A stretch of DNA of 60,742 bases, filler included, from Hausera hauseri (Eukaryota), in NCBI GenBank assembly GCA_046269625.1. It is 12 parts of 12 records of this genome, joined end to end, with 100 filler letters (N's around TTAATTAATTAA, not from the genome) between each part and the next. Parts side by side here need not be neighbours in the genome. Positions count along the whole stretch, not along the records: positions 36,583 to 41,028 come from JBJURY010578005.1; positions 41,129 to 45,522 come from JBJURY010603444.1; positions 45,623 to 50,192 come from JBJURY010523570.1; positions 50,293 to 54,310 come from JBJURY010816642.1; 8 more parts are not named here. One strand, 5' to 3'. The notes beneath the pieces are model-generated. The model did no database searches. It was not told where the DNA came from and worked only from the letters and a program-made list of their open reading frames with translations. The translations under genes and the position numbers were made by a program. Position 1 is the stretch's first letter. Every line of letters starts with the position of its first letter. This document shows positions 37,134-50,426 of this stretch, in pieces.

Positions 37134-40100
37134 CTAATTTTTGTTTGTTTGTCTGTCCGTCTTTCTGACCTGACGTTCTGCGGTTCCAGTCGTAAATTTG
37201 TCATCCTCGATACGATCGTCAATTTCTTTCTGGTATAGGATTTCCATACGATTAATGAGGTAGACTTTAATTTCGTTTTTATATTCTCCATTTGTCTCTG
37301 CTAAAATAGAAATCGTGGCGAATTTTTTAAGGGGATTTGGAACCCCGTTGTAATCAAAAAATGTTGTTCTAAAGAGAACCGTTAACATTCCCAATTTGAT
37401 CAGCTGCTTTAGATCTGTCAACTCTTCTTTCTTTAGTAACTCAGCCTCTTCTTCAGCTTTTCGACGTTGCAATTTTACTTCTGTCTGAATTTTACGAAAC
37501 CTTTCTGCCACTTCTTTAGCTTTTCGACGGTTGTTGGAATTGGACCTTGAACCATAGTATTGATTTGACGACGTTATTTGTTTCTGATAACTTTTCAAAC
37601 TAGAACTTCTGGTTATACTCTCTTTTTGGGGACTCGACGATTTTTGTTGCCAGAGTAAATTGGTCATTTTATTCATCAACATGATCGTATCGACCCTACT
37701 CGACTGTGACACATTATTAACATCGGTAATTGTTTCGTCAGTTGCTGCCTTTCGGGACATTCTGTTAAGCATTTGTGAAAATTTCGAATGTAAATTTTCC
37801 TTATCCGCATGACCATAATTATCGTCATGTACTAATTCAGATGCTAATTCATGTACTAAGTCTCCGTCCAACTAACCAATTCCAAATTTCTTTTTCAATT
37901 TGGCTAATGTTGCTGCATGTAGTTTCTTTCGTTTTTCAATATAGCTTTTATCGTCGTTATCATCATCATCGTCTGGTACGTCACTGTTCGCTAGTCGTTT
38001 GTCTGATCCAGTTCGATACAAGTAACAAGTAATGTTCTTCGGTGAACTCTGTGAATTTCGATTTTTATCTGTCTTTGATATTCTTCTGGTTCGATGATTT
38101 GTCTTTTTGTTGTTTGTCTGTGAACTCAGAAGTAGCATGATTAATGTTTTTGATCGGTTCAACATTTCGATGAGATAAATACCAAATGCTTATACTGATT
38201 GAGTCGCATTTTGGGGTAACATTGGTCAATGAGGTAAATGTTGGAGTTGATGACTGTTGACGATGAGTATCCCTTTCGTCATATGATCGGGAACTTAATG
38301 TGTGATGCTGTGTCATTAATTTGTTAGGACAAATACGGTCGTCTTTTAATACCTTTAGTTGGACCATCATCTGATTTCAATACAGTTAAATTGCTCCCAT
38401 TTTGGTTGCAGAATTGGTTCTTGTTGTTGATCGTTCATAAATAATTTGTCTTCCAACTTCTCTTTTGCTTGATCATATAATCTGAGAATATCTCTCACTG
38501 TTGCATTACTACCTAATACTTGTACAACTGTCATTTCAAGCTGAAGTAGCTTTTCTTGTTCGTCGCTGAGTTCAATTTTCTCCTTTGTTTTGAGCATTTG
38601 AAAATGAATCAATAATGTAGTTATTTCTTCTTTCTTTTCATTCATCAAATTTAATTTGTCTGTCATCATTTCATTTTTGATTCAATCCATTTCACTACTG
38701 ATGTCCTCGACCCACTTGTTCTTTTAATACATTTTCAATTACATCTCTTTTACTCTCCAAACGAATTTCTACTTCAGTTTTCTTATTTCCTTTCCTCAAT
38801 CTCTGTTTATACATTTTCTCCACTTCTTCATTGAAATAATTTTCAATACTGTTATTTATTTCATTCTTTTTTGAAGCTAAAATTTCTTCTAATTTTCGTC
38901 CGTTTCAATCGCTCAACAGCCAAACTGTTTCCAACGGAAATACGATTTTTACTAAATTGTCTCAAGATTTCACTTCGATTATCAACGGGTAAAGTTTTTT
39001 GCATGTTTATTACATTATCAAGAACATCGCTTTGTGCATCTAAAAGATAATTTTCTTCTCTCTGCTGATCATCAATATCTGATTTGATTTCCTGTTTAGT
39101 TTTCATCAACCTTTGCTGCAATTCATATTCCTGGGACTTTTCATCTTGCAAAAGGTTCATATAAACATGAATGGATTGGCAAGGGGATTTCCCAATTTCT
39201 TTAGGGTCATACATAGAAAAATGTCGTTTATCAAAATCAGATCCGCTAAACGCTGTTTCCAATGTGTAACTATTGTTAATTTTAAATTGACTCCACATTA
39301 TTACACGGCCTGTCGACAATTCACTCTTCTGAACTTGAAATTGACGTCCAGTAAAAGAAAATGCCAATGGATTCTGCTTCTGCATTATCCGAGAAAACAG
39401 TTGATCTTTTATAAAGGAAGAAATCGTTTCCAAATTAATGACCGGATTCAGTTCCGTAACGTCCTCGGCATTCTGATATTGTGAGTAATTTCCGACAATT
39501 ACTCTATCTGGATTTAGCATTGACACGATTTTGAAAATAATCCTTTTGCGTAATCCCTTCGCAAAGGCACAATCATTGATTAAATACTGAATAAGACCCT
39601 TCATCATCCAACTGGAATTTGTTTCTGGATACTCTTGCGGTAATTACTGCTCCAAATTTTTTGTAATTCGGAACATCTTCACCGGTTACTGTAAGAACGA
39701 AACAGCCGTTGCAGATATTTGTTTCACAAAGAACATCTTGATTCATGATTGAGGAGTTGTTACTGGAAAGGAAAAAATTGAGATCATTCTTAAGGTCTGT
39801 AAAATTATATGGGTAACAATTTGCCAGATAACATATATCATAAGGAGAGGGAAACTCTATTTGAAACTCCGGTTGATAGTATGACGTTTTTCTGTTCAAT
39901 AAGGAACACTGTAACTTTGTCACATTATAAAAGTACCTTATATGATGTCCAATTCGAAACCAACCTTTGTTTTCTTTGTTGGCACAATGTTCGGAATACA
40001 AAAGCATTCTCATTCCTTCCATATACAGACTATTTGGCTTTAACAAGTTGATAATGATCAATTTGTACATTACATTCTTCAGCATATTTTGAATCCGAAA

Positions 40101-41028
40101 ATAAAAACATTGAGTATGTCTGTTCGTGTACATATTCCGTAATACTAACTCATATTTGATCTGTCTTATACGTCTCGCTTGACGCAAGTTACTGGATTCA
40201 AATCGTGACTCAAACACCAGACTAGGACAATCATTTTCTGGTTGACTAAACAATGCTGTTGTACGTGGGTTTGTTTTTGAGTCATAAACAATTTGCATGT
40301 TTCCATATCGCTGTGAATGAATGATTGTTGATGGGTGCTTAATTTCTTTCTCTGTCCATCGACGGATGTATAATGGGCTCCTCCTGATTACTAAAGAATC
40401 TTTTATGAGTTGGAGATGGATGTAGCGGGCTACTATTTTTAGGCCAAAATAAATCATGTTTATCTCGTACTATGCCATATTTATCTTTATACTGTCCATT
40501 TGGCAGAACTTCAAATTTGCTACCGTCAGCTAGTTTTCCATTTTTCAGTGCCTCATTGAAGCCATTCTTCGTAAATGAGTTGAACAGCAACTATTTTTCT
40601 TTCTGACTTAATGAACCGAAATTCTGCATGACATCGCAACCTGTTTTTGAAAAACTTAATTCTCAAAGTGGTTGCTCTTCATCATATTTGTAGCGTTTGA
40701 ATATAATTCCCGCACTGGCTGGCGATTTCGGTTCATAATGATTTCTTGACCAGCATTCAAACCCGTTCGTTCCAAGTTCCGAATATCGATCGCCGTCCAT
40801 CTGTATGAAGGGGATTTCTCTTCAAATTTATCATCGTTGTTGTTAAGTTGGTAGCCGATAACTTAATTCGGTCCCGTTCATTGAAATCAACACGGGCATT
40901 TAAATCCGTGTGTTTCATGCTCTGTTTTTCCCTTGCAATGCTTCTTCTTCTTGTCGTATTCTATCGCCTAGAGGTATATTCAAAACTTCTCGAACTCGAT
41001 GAGTAATTTCATTTTCAAGTTGCATTTT
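37134..41028 (-). pseudogene. Intronless cytosolic carboxypeptidase (CCP2/3, AGBL2/3, Nna1-like) pseudogene
   Basis: FESRFESSNL, YELVL, HTQCFYF, CYLANCYPY, ITARV, ETNSSWMMKG, MLNPD.VIVGNY, TGRV, NSYTLE. Many frameshifts; assignment of the coiled-coil tail below 38860 is less certain. Confidence 0.88.
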
Positions 41029-41173
41029 NNNNNNNNNNNNNNNNNNNNNNNNNNNNNNNNNNNNNNNNNNNNTTAATTAATTAANNNNNNNNNNNNNNNN
41101 NNNNNNNNNNNNNNNNNNNNNNNNNNNNAAACCAATTCTTTGTTTGATGACAGAATAACCTGATCTGTAATTG

Positions 41174-42579
41174 TCAGGTTATTTTATCATATGGGTCTAC
41201 AGGGTACTCTAATTCCCTTAGTTCCCATTCTAAGTTTTTATGACACTTAGAACAAGAGTTTTTGGTGACTAGCCGAAAAATCGCAATTAATATAATGAGA
41301 ACAAATTCTGACAATACCGTGATAGATACGATTGGTAGTGTAGTTAGTCCCATCGTTGCTTGTGTGGTGACTGGGGTTGTGATCTGTTCATCTATATCCT
41401 CATATATATGCGATTCTGCACGAATCTCATCTAAAGTATGCAGTGTAGCGGACTGATTTTGCTTATTCTCTGCATACACTTGTACTATATATTCGGTTTG
41501 TGCTTTTAATAAATTGCACTCTGTTTCAAAAGTATTTTTAAATAGCGTCACAACTTGATTATTATACGTTGTCCGTCAACTTATGTATATGTTGTAATTT
41601 TGTTTCTATTCCACGAAGAACACAATCTTATACCGATATGCCGAATATTTATTATGGATACTACCTAATTCTCTTTTAGGCACAGTGACCGACGTAACGG
41701 TTGACGTAATGATACTAATTTGAGTAGCTGGTCTTCTAGTGGTTGCCTCTACTGTAATTTTCCTAATTCTATTTCCTGGATAGTAAGTTCTAAATGGTAT
41801 ACTTGATTTATTCGGCCTTACTTCATATAGATCGAATCTTATGTTTAATTCTTGGTTTACGGGTATTTTACAGCATGGGTTTTGCACGCCTTCTTGAATA
41901 GAAAAATATTTTATTTTCGGAGTCGGTCCAACTGTTGCTTCAAACGTGATACTAATTTCCTGACTAAAACTTACTCTTGTTCTAGCGTGTACTTGAATGC
42001 ATTGTTTATCCTTATTCATAGAGATTCTCTGGATATTTTCGTCTAATATTCTTATATCCCGGTCAGTAGATCGTAGTATTTCATTCAGTTTTACTCCATG
42101 ATGTCTGCTCCATGCAGGAATAACTAATTGAGAACGTGGCTTTGTTTCAATATAAACTTCGGATGAATCTGGTAAGTATAAACGATAGGTGAGGTTATAC
42201 GTTTGTCCAAAATCTATGTCGCAGCACTGCATATTTTCTTCAAGCTCAAAATCACAATTTTTCGTAGCTTTTGTGTTTAAGTCAAATAAGACAATTTGAA
42301 ACCTTCCAAAATCGTGATGCCGTTTCCAAGTCTTAAATCCAACGCATACGGAGTTTGGCGAATAATAATGGATTGTCATTGATTGTAATAATTTGGTGTC
42401 TTCTTGTTTTTCAACTTCTTCGGCTGTTGGCTTCTTTTCCGTTTTTCATCCACTCTTCCGAATTCCGTATACATCTCCCAACGTAGATTCATCGTGCCAC
42501 CATTGCGCTTGTATTCGTGGGATGTAGGAGGCAATTAACGATAATAATAAGACTATCTGAACATACGATATTGGTCTGG
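41174..42579 (-). pseudogene. Env-position FN3-like type I membrane protein, copy B, in frame with integrase
   Basis: IVLLLSLIAS signal-like helix, YYSPNSVCVGF...CC...TYNLTYRL, LKAQTEYIVQVYAENK and TM LPIVSITVLSEFVLIILIAIF. Confidence 0.88.
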
Positions 42580-45522
42580 CAATTATTGAGGAAGTCTTTA
42601 TTTCTCGTGAGCGTAATTTGTTACGTTTATTGGGCCGTATCTCTGTCTTAACAACTCTTTGTACTGATATGACTTCTTCCTTTCAATTTTTGTTAATATA
42701 TACTGTAGTTGGCGTAACCTTCGTAACTTTGTGCGGTCCTCTGCCTGTACGAGTAAATTTTAGTGAATTACCCTCTTTAGCGACTGGGTAATGCACATAA
42801 ACCCAATTTCCTTGCTCTATATCATGCAGTTTCGCTTTCTTATCATATTGCTTCTTAAATTGCTCTTGATATTTTTGAGGTAGTTCTTTACAGATTTCTC
42901 AACACTTCTGCAACCGCGTTTGTAACACTTCTGCAAAATTATGTTATAAATCTTCACTATTAACTGTGTATGGCGTCAATCCTAAGTCCGTGGGCAACAC
43001 GGCTTCACGTCCATACATCATAAAAAATGGCATAAATCACATTGCTGGATGTGGCGTGGTTTTAATTGCAAATTGAGTTCCTTCTAAAAATTCGTCCCAA
43101 TCTTTTTGATCTTTCGCTACTACTGTTGATAATATACGTATGACGGCATCATTCATCAGTTCGACCATTCCTTTACACACAGGATGATATGCAATGGTCG
43201 TTAATCGTTCGATTTCAAATATTTTGGAAATCTTCTTAAAAAGTTCCCTTGTAAAATTTCTTCCTCGATCTGTGAGTATCTGGTCTGGAGGTCCGTATCG
43301 ACAAATAATTCTTCTTACAACTGCTTTCGCAAAGGTTTCGGCTTTCTGATCTACCAATGGTATCAATTCGACAAAATGAGTTAGGCGGTCGATGCATGTT
43401 AAGATATACTTACTGTTCTTATGAGTCATAGGAAGAGGTCCTACGATATCCATCGACATGGCCTGCATGGGTCCATCGGGTACGTCGATTGGTTTTAACT
43501 CGACCATGTAGTTTTTTGTCTTTTTCTGTTTAGTTGCGCACACTTTACAGGCATTTATCCAATTTTTCACATCAATATAAATACTGGGCCAAAAGTATTT
43601 ATTCATTATTCTTTCTAATGTCTTCTTCCAGGACATATGTCCGGCTAAATACGAATCATGTTCTGACATCAATACTTCGGTTCATAAACCCTTTGGGATA
43701 ACTATCAGCTTCTTTCCTTTTCGTTCGTAATGTAAAATGTCTCCTTTATTTCCGTCGTTTAAGACGCAGTATTTGTGTCCGTGTCTGTGTAAATGTTTCT
43801 TTAACTGTCGCCCTCTTGGTATGACATCCTTTTTAGCAAATTCTATATTCTGCTGGATAATCTTATCCTTTCTTTGTTCTGTTGAAATTTTAATGGCCTT
43901 ATCTATCGTTAACGCGCGTTGACGGTCTACTATTTCCTCAAGTTTACTTTTCTTCATTACTGTGATTGCGTTTGTTTTAGTCTTTAATCTCGATAGTGCA
44001 TCGACGTCTACATGTTTGTCCCCTGGCTTATACTGAAACTCAATTTTATATCTGGAGATTTCTTCTATCCATCTGTTTAATTGACACGTCGGGTTATTTG
44101 TTCGATCCTTTAAAGTTGTAACGGCCTTGTAGTCAGTGAAAATTATAATTTTCTGACCGTAAACATAAACGTTGAAATGACACAGTGATTCTTTTTGCAG
44201 CTAGAGTTTCCAGTTCGGTAACAAAATAGTTTTTCTTGGCTTTCTTCAAGGAACGTCCTCCATAAGCAATTGAGTGTTCTAATTCTTCGTTTTCTCTTTT
44301 TTGCGCTAGTTCATAACCGATGCCTTCCTTACTGGCGTCTGTCTTGATTATAAACGGTAAGCTAAAATCTGGATATCGCAAAACGGGTTCGCTTGTTAAT
44401 ATCTTCTTCAGCTCATCAAAATCTTTCTGCTCCACGTCTGTCCATTTCCATTTAATCCCTTTTTAAGCACAAAATATTGAGATGCATTAATTTTTGAATT
44501 ATCTAGTACGTAGGTTGCGTAATATCCGCATAATTCTAGCCAGTGTCTTAACTCTTTCTGATTTTGTGGCTCCATGCAATCCGATATTTTGTTCAATAAC
44601 GACTTATCTGGTTTCGATCCTCATTCTTCAACTATATGACCTAGGTAGGACATGCAATTTTGAGCCTCTTTGCATTTCTTCGGATTTAACTTCAATACGG
44701 CTTGTTTCAATCTCATCAGCGTGTGTTCAATATCCTTTAAGTGTTCTTCTTTTGTTCTCGATGCTATCATCACGTCATCTAATTACGCAAAGGCATGATC
44801 CAATCCCATTAACATTTTATTCATCATTCTGGTAAATATGGCTTGTCCGGTAGTAATACCGAACGGCATGACGTTGAATTCATTAACACAGTCGTGTGTC
44901 TTGAATGCCGTTTTATAGCGGTCCTCGTCCTCAGTCTCCACTTGCCAATATCCGGATTGTAAGTCCAGAGTAGTAAACCATTTTGCTCCTGAGAGTCTAT
45001 CCAGGGCCTTTTTTACTGATGGTAATGGAAAAAAATTCTTCATCATAAGATTATTTAGAGCTCTGTAATCAATACAAAATCGGTGCTTCGTAGTGCGTTT
45101 TTTTTAACCATAAGGATAGGCGAGTACTAGGATTTGTAACCGGGCCTAATTATATCGGCCTTAAGCATTCGTTTGACTTCCTTTGTTATCTCGGGTCTTA
45201 GCGAATGTGGTGGAGGATAACATTTCGGCATCTTCTGATCCTCTAGATCTATTTCTTCATTTGAATCAGGTTTTTTCTTAAGTGGAATAGTCAGTTTTAA
45301 CGCTTCCGCCCTACCAATGTCTTCTTCATCCTTAGCAATAATCGATTTATAGCGGCATAATAATTCATAAAATCGACACTAAGATACTAGGGAGAATTTA
45401 ATTTCAACATGAGGCGGAAATTCGGCATACTTATAAGGCTTTTCTTCAAAAGTTATTGAGGATACTCTATACGTATCTCCTAGAGTAGTGTAAGCATGAA
45501 GTTTTATAGGACTTGGTGCATT
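42580..45522 (-). mobile_element. Ty3/Gypsy pol, decayed, copy B (same family as copy A)
   Basis: TLDLQSGYWQV, MPFG, KTDASKEGIG, H..AGH..C..C zinc finger, SMDIVGP and TDRGRNF, collinear with copy A. Confidence 0.97.
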
Positions 45523-45622
45523 NNNNNNNNNNNNNNNNNNNNNNNNNNNNNNNNNNNNNNNNNNNNTTAATTAATTAANNNNNNNNNNNNNNNNNNNNNN
45601 NNNNNNNNNNNNNNNNNNNNNN

Positions 45623-48600
45623 CTTTATGACAAAACTAAATGTAGATAGGTATGATATCTGTCGTTCCTGCCTCGGTGATGGCTGTTTTAGTGACATGAT
45701 GTGCCGCAGAGGTTTGTGGTCCGTTTGGATAATAAATGGACGAGAGAGGAGGAAATGCTTGAAATTTTTTACTGCCAGAATTATGGCTATTAGCTCACGA
45801 TCAAATGTTGAATATCGGTTTTCTGGTTTTGTGAGTTTTCGAGAGTAAAATTCCAAAGGTTCATCGACGTCGTTGGAAATCTGGTGCAGTATTGCACCAG
45901 TAGATGTGGTACAGGCATCGGTGGTAAGTATCAGCTCCGCGTCGGGTTTTGGATATGCCAGTATTTCTACTGTTCTTAGGCCTTCACGTAAGTGATCAAA
46001 TTTGGTAACTAAATCGGAAGTCCACTGGATTAACTGTTTTTTCCTTCCAGATGAGAGGTGTGCGAAAGGTGCTGTAAGCTCCGATCAATGCGGTACGTAT
46101 TTATGGACGAAATGTAGTGTGCCAAGAAAACTCTTCATATCTGTAGTGGTCGTTGGTAGTATTACATTTTTCAATTGCTGTAGTCTATCAGGTTGCGAAG
46201 AGTGGCCGTGAGGAATGATTATGTGGCCTAAGAAATTGACACGTTTCTGAAAGAAGTTGCACTTGGAGAAGTTAACTTGTAAGTTGCTATGATGTAATCT
46301 GTGAAAAATGATTCGGAGATGTTCGTGGTGTTTTTTGACGGAGTTGGAGGCAACTAATATGTCATCGATTTACGGATGAGCAAAATCAAGGCCTGAGAGA
46401 ACGGTGTCACTGTGGCGTTAAAAGTTTTGGGCTGCGTTACGTAAACCGAGTGGCATAAAGATGTTTTCGTAAAGGCCAAATGGAGTGTTGACAGCAGTTT
46501 TTGAATGTCATTGGGTGCAACGGGAATTTGATGGTAGGATTTGTGCACATCTATTGTGGAATAGATATTGGTGTTGTTAAGACTGTGCAGGATATCCGTT
46601 ATGAGCGGTAATGGGTAAGAATCCATGATGTTAGATTGTTTATTTGACGGTAGTCGCCACATGTTCGAAAAGTACCGTCTTTCTGATACTACTTGTAATG
46701 ATGAAGCCCATGGTGATTTTGACCTCCGAATGATACCAGATTTTTCGAGTTCGATAAACTCAAATTCCACGGCTTTTCGTCTACGAGGAGATAATGGTCT
46801 CACCTTTTGCCTGATAGGTCTTTGGTGTTGGGCGACAATGTGGTAATAAGTTGTTGATGGGGGCTTAAAACTAGAGTCATTTTTGAGTATACGAGAACAA
46901 GAAGAAATGATTTAGGATTTGAGATTGAAATCTAGTGATAAAAGTGATTGAGGCATAATATCAGAGGAGGCGGTGACTGTAATTGGCGAAGAACGAACGA
47001 CTTCGCCGCCATCAACGTTCGGTTTAATCGGTTGTTTTAAAATCGACTTTGATATTTGAAACGTAATTGAGAAAATAGATAAACTACTAGATTTATCGTT
47101 ATCAACCGAAGAGAAATTTGCCAAATTCACATGTGAGTTCGCAGACAAAGTGCCTGTTGAGCTTTAGGATAGACAATTGTTAACGTTCACGACGGAGTCT
47201 CTACATAGCAAACAGCCATACTTGCAGGCAACTAGCAGGTCGTGTGCGGCCAAAAAATCTGAGCCGATTATTGGCGATTTAATATTGGCCACGTGGAATT
47301 TCCAGACAAACTTGCCTGCTAAGTTTGAAAATGTAAAAAAAGTTCTGTGGTACCTGCGATTCGCAAAAGTTGACAGCTGGCAGTGAAAAGCGGAGGAGAA
47401 GAAATTGCATTGGGTGTAGGGACAACGGACAAAGGTAGAAGTGAAAAGACAGCTCCTGAATCAATAAGAAAATCGATATTTGGAGCATTTATAGTGAATA
47501 GTGTAGCTTTTAACAGAATAACTGTGGAGGCGGTGTTAAGACGGCCAGAAGACTGAGCGGTATTGCCTATGCCAGAATGTGCCATGACATCTGGCAGCGT
47601 TTTTAGTTTTTTGAAGATTGTGAAGGAAAAGAAAATGAATGATAAGAAGAAGAAGGAGAAGAAGAAGATGAAGAAAAACTGAAGTTAGTTTTGTAATGTT
47701 TACATCCCGTAACACACGATCTGACTAAAGATTCAAATTTTGTATGATAAATGCAAATATGGCTGTCCACCGCAAAACACTCGTCATAAAATTTACAGCC
47801 TAAGAGATATTTCTCTGCATTTCTGCGAAATTTATTGTGATAAAAATAAATCATTTGTCCACCCAGGGATTTAGAACGAAATAAGTTCCTCTAGTAGCTA
47901 CGCTCACGCGATGCACGGGTCTCAACTCACCGAGACATAGATTGATTACTTAGCTGGGCAGTGATTGCTGAAACTGAGAGTTGTAGAGTATCGTATTGTT
48001 TCTGCATTAATTGTAGTTGCTGTGCGAAAACAGTCGTGTCTATGTGCGATGGGGTGTGCGTGGTTGCTGCTGCTACGGGTTGTGAGTTGTTAGTTTGTAA
48101 AATTTCGAAACTTTTATCAGCCAATAGGGCACGTTTTTCAATCGCTGTCGAGTCATCAACGACAATAAGGAGAGCTCTGATTGAAGTGGGCAAGGAGGAA
48201 AGGAAATAACGGCAAAGCAAGTCTGCATTGTTGGTGGGGGTAATGCCAAGAGCATTTAGGTGTAAAATAGAGGTCTGCAGAAAGTCAGAAGACTTTTGAC
48301 TGCCTATAACATGTTCGTTAAAGTATTTATGTATTATATTATCAATCGATGGATCGGTAATATGAAGAACAGACTCATAAAGCATGTCACATGGTGTTGA
48401 AGAAGTAAGGATATCAGCAAGTTTATTAATTTGGTGCTTGATATTTGCTTGGAAAAAGTAACAAGCTGTTGGCGTGCAAGAAAGAATCGGTAATATGATT
48501 GGCTTTAAGCCATTGTGCGGCTTAAATTAGTTTTATCGAGGAAAAACTCTGTGCAAGGAAAGTTAGGAAAGCAGATTGTGTAGAGTCAGCAGGACGACGA

Positions 48601-48990
48601 CCAGATCTTGTTTTAGAGGAATTTTTGGCAGAAGAATCAGGGTCCAAACCACCCGGATGTGAAAGTGAAGGGTGAGATGAATGATCGGAGAAGCGAAGAA
48701 AGTGAGTCAGACGAATGTAGCACAGAACCCTGGTGCGATAAATAAAAGTCGAAAGTGTGTAGGAAAGAGGATAGAGACATATAGAGGGTGTAAGCAATGT
48801 CCGTGTTACTAGTGTGCATGGTAGAAATATATGTATTATTTTTAAAAACAAAAAAGAAAAGGGTTTAAGAGTGATGTTGGATGCGTGTTGTGGCGCACGT
48901 ATCACGGATGCGTCCAGATTTCCGACCAGATGATGTTCGGGCCGCATAGCCGTGGGGACAGTCGCCAAAACCGATTTCTGATGGCTAGTG
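45623..48990 (-). mobile_element. Gypsy (CsRn1-like) gag-protease-RT-RNase H, decayed
   Basis: Gag with CxYHxxF...C..GC motifs, FLIDSGA protease, SKSPWAS/YHQIPV RT, TTDA, YSTFDREL, TDHKPL. The 5' boundary is approximate. Confidence 0.93.
47540..47612 (-). promoter_or_regulatory. Predicted gag-pol -1 ribosomal frameshift site
   Basis: A AAA AAC directly before the gag TAA, then a GCCAGA...TCTGGC stem. Confidence 0.65.
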
Positions 48991-50426
48991 TTCATCGTAG
49001 ACTGGTCGAGTGCTCCGTATATCAATAAGTTTAGACAGTCGTGGATGTTCAAGTAACCACACCTTATAATTCGAATAACCATAGAAAGAATCGTATAACA
49101 TGCATCATCATTAATAAAAGGAATATAGTCACAACTATCGCCAATTCGTAAATGACTTTCCACTTCAAACGGTGCCACTGAATCCGAATAGCGATCGTCA
49201 TTATCGATAATCATAAAGGTGTCTTGTTGAATTTTCTACAATTCCGAATCCATCTTTTTCAACAAATCACAAACTTCATCCAAATTCGGTGATCGTTTCA
49301 TTCCGGATTGTGGCAATATAGGTAATAGAAAATAAGTATTCGGTCATGAATGCGTCGGTGCTGGTGACGATGATGTTTTTCGAAATATGGAATTTGGTAA
49401 CGTGTTACAGTAGTCATCGGCAACCAAACTGGTTTCATCTTCGGAAAGTGTTTGTTTCTTGTTGGAAAGTCCGGATATGAAGAGTGAGGCAACGGCATGA
49501 CTCGTTGATATTGGATGGTTTGATATGAAATCGTCGTAGGAATCATTGGGTATAATCGTACGAGTACAAGAATGAACATCAGATGGAATATCCAAATCAC
49601 AAATGGCTGCCAAATTGCGATTCAAAGTGGTGTTCGTATCAACAAATAATTGCTCTGAAGAGTTTTGGCGATACTTTTATGCATAGTTTTATATATAAGC
49701 TTTTCTTCAATTTAATATGGAGTATTAGTCGTTTGTTTATTGTTGTTTCTAATCGGCATACATAATGTTGGATTTAATGAGAAATTGGTCGGAATGCGTT
49801 TCACAAAATTCCGATTTGTCTAATAATTCACTATCAGAAGTTGTTACATTACTGTCCAATGTAAAATCCCTTTCAAAGTCTTGAAGCAATACAAATATTG
49901 GATGGTACGGTTACAAATAAATAACCATTTGTGTCATTGCGTTTTCCAGTTTGGTAGTGATCAGATTCTATGGGAAAATTACTCTGCTTTACGACATTAT
50001 CGAAGCGATGAATAGAGGTAGTACTTCTCGTTGTTGTAATCATTATCTACATCATTCTGATTTACATATTCATGAAAAATATTTTCCACGTTTTTATTGC
50101 ATATTTGAAGCAGACTACTATATGATTCATAAACAAACAATTTACGGGAGGAATTACTATCCGTTGTTATTTTGTAATTACTACTACATTTTNNNNNNNN
50201 NNNNNNNNNNNNNNNNNNNNNNNNNNNNNNNNNNNNTTAATTAATTAANNNNNNNNNNNNNNNNNNNNNNNNNNNNNNNNNNNNNNNNNNNNTTAATTTA
50301 TTAGTATTCCTTCTAGTTAATTTGGGAAACCATTCTCCTGTATCCGTAGAACCTAAGTATCTGTATATTCACACAATTCCTTGACTACGCGCTGTAAATC
50401 CTCGGTACATGTGAATGATTTCCCTC

